A stretch of 64,000 bases of DNA from Candidatus Acidiferrales bacterium (GTDB lineage: Bacteria; Acidobacteriota; Terriglobia; Acidiferrales; UBA7541), in NCBI GenBank assembly GCA_050746905.1, contig JBOGNJ010000190.1, positions 8,409-72,408 of the forward strand, read 5' to 3'. Under the pieces are notes generated by a model. That model did not search any database and was not told the origin of the DNA. It was given only the letters and a program-made list of their open reading frames with translations. Shown here one piece after another: positions 28,286 to 35,304 of the stretch (position 1 is its first letter; each line of letters starts with the position of its first letter). The position numbers were made by a program, and so were the translations under genes.

Positions 28286-29113
28286 ATGACTCGAGTGACG
28301 ACCCGGCTAAACGACCTGGCAATTCCAGTAATTCGAAAATCGATTTTTCCCCGCGCACAACGGGCCGCATGGCTTCCTCTCGCGTTGATGGCCATGCTTG
28401 TCTTCGCTGCTTTGCCGGCATCCGCGTCCACGAAAATATTCGACCAGACGTATCCGCTGCAGCCCGGCGGAATGTTTTCGCTCGCAAACGTGAATGGCTC
28501 AGTGCAAGTGGATGGATGGGATCGCAATCAAGTGGAAGTGCGCGCCGTGAAGACTGCGCTGCACAATTCAGAGGATCTGGACCGCGTGCAGATCAGCGTG
28601 CAATCGGACGGCGAGCACATGGACGTGAGCACACACTATCCGGAAGGGAGCGGCGTCGAAGTCACCGTGGAATATCACATCAGAGTGCCTTATCGCGTGC
28701 AATTGGCGAACGTGGATACCGTGAACGGCGATGTGCATGTGCGGGGAGTTTCCGGCACAGGGACGCTCGACTCCATCAATGGAAGTGTCGAAGTGCTCGA
28801 CAGCGACGGCCGCTTCAATGCGCGAACCACTAATGGCGACGTGCGGCTCGAGTTGAAACGACTTCCACAGGGCGGTCCGATTCAACTGGCCACGGTAAAC
28901 GGTTCGGTCGTGCTCTCGTTGCCTCCGGATGCCAACGCTGAAATCAATGTAGCCAATCGGAATGGCGATTTTCATTCCGACTTCGCATTGCGCACACTCA
29001 GCGCCTACAACCCGCGGAGGTTTCGCGGGCAGCTGGGGGATGGCGGCGGCGATATCTCGATGAGCACGGTAAATGGCGGCATTCGATTGGTGCAAGGGCG
29101 TCCAACAGTTTAG
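28286..29113 (+). CDS. DUF4097 beta-helix repeat protein, exported (paralogue 2)
   Basis: AGGAG lies 7 nt upstream of the ATG at 28286 (the ORF opens at GTG 28283). Signal peptide ...ALPASAS. NGSVQVDGWDRNQVEV, VNGDVHVRGVSG, INGSVEVL, TNGDVRLE, VNGSVVLSLP, VNGGIRL. Confidence 0.8.
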   Translation: MTRVTTRLNDLAIPVIRKSIFPRAQRAAWLPLALMAMLVFAALPASASTKIFDQTYPLQPGGMFSLANVNGSVQVDGWDRNQVEVRAVKTALHNSEDLDRVQISVQSDGEHMDVSTHYPEGSGVEVTVEYHIRVPYRVQLANVDTVNGDVHVRGVSGTGTLDSINGSVEVLDSDGRFNARTTNGDVRLELKRLPQGGPIQLATVNGSVVLSLPPDANAEINVANRNGDFHSDFALRTLSAYNPRRFRGQLGDGGGDISMSTVNGGIRLVQGRPTV

Positions 29114-29146
29114 CTGAGCAGGAAAATTCAGCAACGGAGAACAAAT

Positions 29147-30277
29147 ATGAGCGTTATGACGTATATCAAACAGGGGGCTTTCGCGACAGTGGCTTTGGGT
29201 GTTTTCGCCGTGGGCGCCCATACACAGACTGCGGGGACGCCCGCGGCTGCTCCATCACAATCGACTGTCGCGGCTGACGGCCAGGGGACGGCAGCAGCAG
29301 TGGATCAAGCTCAATGGCAAAAAGACACGGAGCGGCAGCAGGAGGATTTGAGGGCGCAAGCCGAGAAGATGCGGACAAGGGCACGAGAGATTCAGCGGGA
29401 GGTGGCTAAAGAAATGGCAGAGAATGGAGTGACGAACCGGGCAGACCTGGAAAAACTTACGGCGCGGCTGTATGCGCAGAGGGCGGGGATTGCCGCTGAG
29501 ACGCAAGAGGCTGCCGCGCAGGCACAACAACTTTTCGCGCAAGCACCGGGATTATCGGATGCGAGCGAGGACACCGGTTGGCTGGGAGTGGAAATCGCCG
29601 AGGTCACCCCGGAGAAAGCAAAGGAACTCAAGCTGCCTCGGCCCGAGGGCGTGATTGTTTCCGATGTTTTGCCGGACAGTCCGTCCGCCAAGGCCGGCCT
29701 GGAGGCAAAAGACGTGATTCTGGAATACGATGGCCAAGTAGTGGAAGGAACAGTGCAATTTCGACGGCTTGTGCGTGAGACACCTCCCGGGCGATCGGTG
29801 GCGATTGAGGTCTCCCGCAATGGGCAAAACGAAAAATTGAACGTTCAAGTTGGAAATAATGCGCGAAGCGTGGAGAGCCGGCTTAGGGAAGCGCTTCCGG
29901 AGCGCAATTTCAACTTCAAGTTCAGCATGCCGGAAATTTTTCCGAACATGACGCCGGTGCTTGGCGTTCAGGCGGAGGATGTCAGCGGACAACTGGGGAC
30001 CTACTTCCATGTTCCGGGCGGCGAAGGCGTCTTGGTTCGCGAAGTTACGCCAGGCAGTCCCGCAGCCAAGTCGGGAATGAAAGCGGGCGATATAATCACG
30101 CATGTAGATGGGGCCGCGATAAAGACAGTCGATGATTTGCGCGAGCACTTGCGGGAAGAGCGCCAGCAGAGAAATATATCGTTGACCGTGGTCCGTCAGG
30201 GCTCCGAGATGAAGATAGCCGTGACCATAGAAGCGCCGGCGGAACGTCCCGCGAGGACGCGGGCTGCGGCGCTCTGA
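29147..30277 (+). CDS. Exported protein with Gln/Ala/Glu-rich coiled coil and two PDZ domains, no protease domain
   Basis: Signal-like N-terminus. PDZ 1 GWLGVEIAEV...GVIVSDVLPDSPSAKAGLEAKDVILEYDGQ. PDZ 2 LGVQAEDV...GVLVREVTPGSPAAKSGMKAGDIITHVDG. Confidence 0.8.
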   Translation: MSVMTYIKQGAFATVALGVFAVGAHTQTAGTPAAAPSQSTVAADGQGTAAAVDQAQWQKDTERQQEDLRAQAEKMRTRAREIQREVAKEMAENGVTNRADLEKLTARLYAQRAGIAAETQEAAAQAQQLFAQAPGLSDASEDTGWLGVEIAEVTPEKAKELKLPRPEGVIVSDVLPDSPSAKAGLEAKDVILEYDGQVVEGTVQFRRLVRETPPGRSVAIEVSRNGQNEKLNVQVGNNARSVESRLREALPERNFNFKFSMPEIFPNMTPVLGVQAEDVSGQLGTYFHVPGGEGVLVREVTPGSPAAKSGMKAGDIITHVDGAAIKTVDDLREHLREERQQRNISLTVVRQGSEMKIAVTIEAPAERPARTRAAAL

Positions 30278-30294
30278 GTCCGGATTTTTCGAGA

Positions 30295-30333
30295 ATAAAA
30301 AAGGCCCTGGATTTGCAGATCCGGGCCTTTCCA
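30295..30333. terminator. Bidirectional intrinsic terminator between convergent operons
   Basis: AAAAAA-GGCCCTGGAT-ttgcag-ATCCGGGCC-TTT: 9 bp plus one bulge, with an A-run on one side and a T-run on the other. It lies between the stops at 30277 (+) and 30351 (-). Confidence 0.6.
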
Positions 30334-30350
30334 TTTGCAGGTGAGGTATT

Positions 30351-31043
30351 TTATTCCCGAATGATCTCCGCACTCGCGCTGGGAACTTCAACCCGGACCA
30401 GGCGTTTCCCGTCGAGATACAAAGTAATCTCCAAGTCCTGGCTGCGGACCTTTAGCCGCTGCAAGTTTTTCCCGTCGCGATTCGCCGGATCGAGCGCTTC
30501 GACCGTGATCGTTCCCGGAGTCATTTCCTGCGGGATGAAAACGGGGAAAGTCTGTTGCCCCTTCTTCGACCAATCATAGAGATCCGCGAGGATGGCGTAT
30601 TGATGATAGAGATTGTCGTCAAGGATGGCGACGACGGGCGTATTGAAGAAAAACTGTTGCGTGAACGGTTTTCCGCCATTGAGCACCAAATGAACGGTGG
30701 CCGTGCCGTTATCGAAATCGATCGACGCGGTCGCTTTTTTTGAGCCGGCCGTGGTTGACCATTCATAATGCAGGGGAGCGCCATTGCCGCGAAGACGCAG
30801 CAGGGAAGTGATATGCGTTTGCGGACCGTGGGCAGTCTTCACATCTGACGTGCCGCGCGCCACCCAATCGCCGCCGTTCGAGGCTATTTCGAATTCCTCG
30901 CTGCCCACTTGTTTTCCGTTGACGGTGTCGCGGAACTTGCCCTTGTCGGGAGCGAGCGCTTGAGACCAGGCCAGAGGCATCAGCAAAATGATGGCGCCGA
31001 ACGCCAGAACGCATCGAAGAGTAATTGCCGTGAATCGACTCAC
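30351..31043 (-). CDS. Hypothetical exported beta-rich protein
   Basis: Signal peptide MSRFTAITLRCVLAFGAIILLMPLAWSQA. Its start overlaps the aroK stop (ATGA). No family recognised. Confidence 0.55.
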   Translation of the reverse strand: MSRFTAITLRCVLAFGAIILLMPLAWSQALAPDKGKFRDTVNGKQVGSEEFEIASNGGDWVARGTSDVKTAHGPQTHITSLLRLRGNGAPLHYEWSTTAGSKKATASIDFDNGTATVHLVLNGGKPFTQQFFFNTPVVAILDDNLYHQYAILADLYDWSKKGQQTFPVFIPQEMTPGTITVEALDPANRDGKNLQRLKVRSQDLEITLYLDGKRLVRVEVPSASAEIIRE

Positions 31044-31660
31044 GTGGGGACTCCTTCCAATATGCCGAGGGCGATGATGTTTTGGACGACGCGGAGCGGT
31101 TCCACGGCGCTTTCCACGCGATGCTCGGCTAATTCGTAAAACGGCAAGCGCTGTGCGTAGAGCTGACGAAAGCTTGTTTCGTCGCGGAAGAGGGGACGGT
31201 CCGTGATGTGCGAGCAGCGCCTGATCAGTTCGTCAATCTGGCAATCGAGCCATACCGTGGGGCAGCTTGCCTGGCGCAGCGCTTCGATGTTTTGCGCCTG
31301 GGCCATTGTGCCGCCGCCCAGGGAGATAATGGTGGGACGCGACGACTCGATGGATTCGCCGAGGATTCGTTTCAACGCTTCGCGCTCGATCTTGCGAAAT
31401 GCAGGCTCGCCAAGCTGAGCAAAAATGGCAGAGATCGCCATGTTGGCGTGCTCGGCGATGTGTTTATCGAGATCCGCATGGACCCAACCAATCTGACGCG
31501 CGAGCAGGCGCGCGACGGTGGATTTCCCGCAGCCCATGAAGCCAGTCAACGCGATTAACCGGCGATTGATGCGCGTATTCGGTGAAGGCGCTCCGGTGGA
31601 AAAAACTTTGTGGGCAGGGTTGGGTGCGTTAGTCACGCTTATGGATGTTGATTGTACCAT
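31040..31660 (-). CDS. aroK: Shikimate kinase
   Basis: Walker A LTGFMGCGKSTVARLLA, then DLD...FR..E, GGG and the lid region. The start overlaps the upstream DUF4097 gene by 32 nt (8 nt if GTG 31636 is used). Confidence 0.8.
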   Translation of the reverse strand: MVQSTSISVTNAPNPAHKVFSTGAPSPNTRINRRLIALTGFMGCGKSTVARLLARQIGWVHADLDKHIAEHANMAISAIFAQLGEPAFRKIEREALKRILGESIESSRPTIISLGGGTMAQAQNIEALRQASCPTVWLDCQIDELIRRCSHITDRPLFRDETSFRQLYAQRLPFYELAEHRVESAVEPLRVVQNIIALGILEGVPT

Positions 31661-32498
31661 TGAACGACGACAGTTCGAGCTTTGCCCGGCCTTGATTGAA
31701 ACTGCCGAACAAACTGCGAGAACCGCGCGGCGGCCGTTGGTTGGGATGACGGGGAGGTATTAACGTGGCTTGATTGTCCACCTTGCCGTAGAGGGAAGTG
31801 GCGCTCACGTCGAACGAATCGCCGCGTGAAAACTGCACATTGATTGCGCCGCTGTAGTTCTTCAGGCGGTAGATGCCATTCGGCAGGAAATCACCATCAA
31901 GAACGATGTTGCCGGTGGAAGTCTGCGCGAAAATGCTCGAGCTGTGATCATCGACAAGCCGCACGTCGCCGCTGATCGAATGCACTTCAATGCGCCCGCT
32001 GCAGCGCATGCACGCGAAATCGCCTCCGACGGTTTGAACTACGAGATATCCGCCGATATCTTGGGCGTCCACGCCCGCGGCCACCGTCTCGACGTTCATG
32101 TCGCCGAGAATCCTTGAAACACCCACAGTGCCGGAATCGTTGTGAATCTGCAGCTCCGAATCTTCCGGGACAGTGATCACATAATTTGCACGAAGTTCGT
32201 CGGGGGCGATTTGCTCGGAGAGCTGGTGGGTCACAACGTCCACTCGATTTCCATTTTGTTCCGCATCCACTTCGATTTTCTGGCTTGCATGATCGGCGAC
32301 AACCATCACTTCGGACTTATCCCATGACGAGATGGTGACCGTGCCGCTCGGATTGTGCAGCGTAATGAGAGGATGGGGTTGAACCGTGAATTGTTTTTCG
32401 AGGTGATGGGCGTACAGGGGAGCCGCGCCGAGCAGCAATATCGCCGCACAGCCACCGGCCGTTCGCCACATGGGATTCGAAATCAAAGAGGATGCCAT
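31629..32498 (-). CDS. DUF4097 beta-helix repeat protein, exported (paralogue 3)
   Basis: PSGTVTISSWDKSEVMVV, DSGTVGVSRILGDMNV, ISGDVRLV, STGNIVLDG, YSGAINVQF, FNGTINIH. The start shares 1 nt with the anti-sigma stop. Confidence 0.8.
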   Translation of the reverse strand: MASSLISNPMWRTAGGCAAILLLGAAPLYAHHLEKQFTVQPHPLITLHNPSGTVTISSWDKSEVMVVADHASQKIEVDAEQNGNRVDVVTHQLSEQIAPDELRANYVITVPEDSELQIHNDSGTVGVSRILGDMNVETVAAGVDAQDIGGYLVVQTVGGDFACMRCSGRIEVHSISGDVRLVDDHSSSIFAQTSTGNIVLDGDFLPNGIYRLKNYSGAINVQFSRGDSFDVSATSLYGKVDNQATLIPPRHPNQRPPRGSRSLFGSFNQGRAKLELSSFNGTINIHKRD

Positions 32499-33151
32499 TA
32501 TCGTTCCTCGCTCTCGGCCATGGTGGCAAGCAAATCCGCTTTCTGCTGATAGGCCGTATACAGGTAGTCGCGGGTCATTTCGTTTTGGGGATCTTCGCGC
32601 ACGCTCTTTTCACACATTGAAATCATATTGTCAACAATGGCGAGGTTGTGATTCAGCGTGGCCGTGACGTCCGGACTTTGCGCCTTCATGGCCGGAAGAT
32701 TGGTCGTTTCCGCGGAAGCCAACCCAGCCTCCAGCGGAGCCATCGCCGCCTGTGTGTGACTCAACCAAGCGGCCTGATCTTGAAGACGAGTGTTTGTGTT
32801 GGCGTGCCAGCTAAGCGCCACGGATCCAATTATGACAAGAGACAGATATGCTCCAGCAAGCGCGGGGCGGAAAGCTCCAAACGCCGCGAATCGCTCCTGC
32901 CATCCGGCGCGGCGGGGGCGAATCAGGCCTTCCTTCTCCAACTGCGCTCGAATTGCCAGCCAGACGCGCGCGGATGGTTGCTCTTCGGCAGCCGCGAGAG
33001 CGGAGCTAGCCTGACGGATGCTTTCCAGGTCCGCGATCAGCGTCCGGCAGCGGCCGCATGCTACGGTATGCGACACCGCGTCGGCATGTCGTTCGCCATC
33101 CATCCATTGCTCACTCAGTTCCCAAAACTTCTCGCAATTCATCGGAGACAT
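32498..33151 (-). CDS. Anti-sigma factor (zf-HC2, one TM, helical extracytoplasmic domain)
   Basis: C-x21-H-x3-C-x2-C (CEKF...HTVACGRC); TM AGAYLSLVIIGSVALSW; 5 nt after the sigma gene. Confidence 0.75.
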   Translation of the reverse strand: MSPMNCEKFWELSEQWMDGERHADAVSHTVACGRCRTLIADLESIRQASSALAAAEEQPSARVWLAIRAQLEKEGLIRPRRAGWQERFAAFGAFRPALAGAYLSLVIIGSVALSWHANTNTRLQDQAAWLSHTQAAMAPLEAGLASAETTNLPAMKAQSPDVTATLNHNLAIVDNMISMCEKSVREDPQNEMTRDYLYTAYQQKADLLATMAESEER

Positions 33152-33156
33152 GACCT

Positions 33157-33801
33157 TTATTCCTCGGGCACGACATCGCGCTTGAAAGCTTCGCGCTCTT
33201 CCCTGGCCCTGGCTCTTTCCCGTTCGTGCAGCAGATCCCGGAGTCTCATTCGCGCCTTGTGCAATTGGGATTTCGAGTTCCCAATCGAACAGCCCATGAT
33301 CTCCGCGATTTCGTTATGCTCGTAACCCTGCACATCATGCAAAACAAATATAGACTTATAACCGGCCGGCAACTGGTCAATCGCCCTTTGCAAATTCACG
33401 CGATCGATGGAGCCGCTCAATCCTAGATCGGGTCCGCCGAAGTCTCTGCGCGGGCCGCCGGTCTCCTCGTCCGGTTCCGTGACCTCCTCGAGGGAAGTTT
33501 CCGAACCGGTTTTCTTTCGCAACCTCATCAACACCACGTTGACTGCCAGGCGATGAAGCCAGGTGGAAAACGCCGACTCTCCGCGGAACGTGGCGATTTT
33601 GCGAAACAGTTGTAGAAACGCTTCCTGAGTGAGGTCCTCTGCTTCCGCCGTATTCCCAACCATCCGCAAGCATAGTGAGTAGACCCGGCGATTATGAAGC
33701 TGGTAAATCCGCTCGAACGCCGCCGCGTCGCCCTGTTGTGCGAGCCGGAGCGCATCCGCTTCCGGCAGCTCTCCGTTTTCGTCTCGCCTCGTTCGGGCCA
33801 C
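33157..33801 (-). CDS. ECF (group 4) RNA polymerase sigma factor
   Basis: [20 protein letters not shown]...[11 protein letters not shown] and region 4 [43 protein letters not shown] start. Confidence 0.9.
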   Translation of the reverse strand: MARTRRDENGELPEADALRLAQQGDAAAFERIYQLHNRRVYSLCLRMVGNTAEAEDLTQEAFLQLFRKIATFRGESAFSTWLHRLAVNVVLMRLRKKTGSETSLEEVTEPDEETGGPRRDFGGPDLGLSGSIDRVNLQRAIDQLPAGYKSIFVLHDVQGYEHNEIAEIMGCSIGNSKSQLHKARMRLRDLLHERERARAREEREAFKRDVVPEE

Positions 33802-33976
33802 GATACCCGTCGCGGCGCACCTGTTCTTCCGATGCGACGCCTGTTCTAGAAGTTGTACTCAGATGTTCCCGGGAAGCACCGGCGGTAGCAAATCACCGGC
33901 GTCCCGATTTATATCCCGCCCAACGATGCAGCGCGTCCGGCTGCCCATCCATTGTCATCGGAATCTGTCCGCACGT

Positions 33977-34708
33977 CTAGGAGGAAACCCGCGAAAGTCT
34001 GGGACGAACGCGGCTTCGAACCGGAGAGATGGAAGCCTTCCAGTCATTTCGGAGGCTATCGAGACTCGCATCTGGCAAGACACGCAGAAAAGACTTTAGC
34101 ATCACGATCGATTCGCGCAGGCAAGTATTCAAATCGTAGTGCAAATTGTCGAGGGTCGACCAGGATTCTTGCGGGTGAATCTGTATTCCCTGGGCCAGTT
34201 CCGCGGCAATCTCTTGAAAAAGCGCCGTTGCGTCGTCGACCGTCATCCCCAGAACACGCAGCTTATGCAAATACCTCGAACGGCTCCCGAAAAGAATCCG
34301 ATGGAGCAGTTGATTCCAAGTGGCATTCTGTTTGGCAGCTTCGCTGCGGAAAAATTGTGGATTCAGGGAATTAACAGCCGGGGCGACAACCAACTGCCGC
34401 CCGCGTTTCTCGAGTATTCGATAAGCCGCGCAGAGCGGCTGCGCCAGCCGGTTCACCACCGCGCCCGCCATTTCGACGGCCTCGCGAGCCGACACGAGCT
34501 CTCCGCGATCACGGTGAGACAACGCTTCATTGAGCGCCACGGAAAGGACGGCGTAAGCGTCCTCCCACTCGCGGACCACGCTCTTATAAAAGAAGTGCTT
34601 TTCCTGGGGGAGCCAAGCTGCCCAGTCTTTCTTTACCGAGCTTCGCGAACTCAATGAATTTTGCCTTTTTCGTCCGAGCACGAATAACCCCAAGAATTCG
34701 TCGCGCAT
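33977..34708 (-). CDS. Orphan all-helical hypothetical protein (243 aa)
   Basis: Its composition is more protein-like than the antisense ORF 34139..34657. No obvious RBS and no family recognised. It contains the motif RSRYLH (Rx4H). Confidence 0.45.
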   Translation of the reverse strand: MRDEFLGLFVLGRKRQNSLSSRSSVKKDWAAWLPQEKHFFYKSVVREWEDAYAVLSVALNEALSHRDRGELVSAREAVEMAGAVVNRLAQPLCAAYRILEKRGRQLVVAPAVNSLNPQFFRSEAAKQNATWNQLLHRILFGSRSRYLHKLRVLGMTVDDATALFQEIAAELAQGIQIHPQESWSTLDNLHYDLNTCLRESIVMLKSFLRVLPDASLDSLRNDWKASISPVRSRVRPRLSRVSS

Positions 34709-34954
34709 TATAACAGATTAGGGGAGCGCCGCGGATTCCTTGAAAGAGTGTGCTATATGGAACGGAAAGGTTTTTGGGCATTTTGTGGAAGACGGACAAA
34801 ACAAAGCGTACCGAAGGAACGTTGCAGTTCTTTGAAGCATTGAAGGAGGCGTGGGCCGGTCAACTTGAGAAGCAGTTGACGCTCCTCACAGATCTTAATC
34901 ATCGTTAGTCCTTCGCGGGATACCCCAAAGTCAATTTAGAAATCTGTGATGAGT

Positions 34955-35194
34955 TCATTGGGAGAGAGCATGCCTCGCCGTGATTCGTTCAGTTGAAATC
35001 AATGTCCAGATGAATATCATCACATCCTCTGTACACACACCCGCTTTTAACGGAAAGCTTAAAGCTCCTCTAACAAGGTACTTCTCTATTTCTGCACGGG
35101 TTGCACCGATTTTCACGTGCCGATAGTCGCGGAGTGCCTCTTCGACGGTATCGCATGATGAACATTGTCGCATCAGATGTCCCCGAGGAAGCAA
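34955..35194 (-). CDS. Doubtful small ORF in AT-richer patch (possible gene remnant)
   Basis: ORF only; the segment VKIGATRAEIEKYL faintly resembles small lipoprotein/BamE-like motifs; no RBS seen. Confidence 0.15.
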   Translation of the reverse strand: MLPRGHLMRQCSSCDTVEEALRDYRHVKIGATRAEIEKYLVRGALSFPLKAGVCTEDVMIFIWTLISTERITARHALSQ

Positions 35195-35304
35195 GAGACG
35201 CGACAGCTAGTCGCTGGGTAAGGCTGCTGATACGAACCAGGTGGAAAGTTCTGGTCGTTACTGCCGGCAAAGCTTGAGGCTCGGCACGAATTGGAGGGCC
35301 TACG

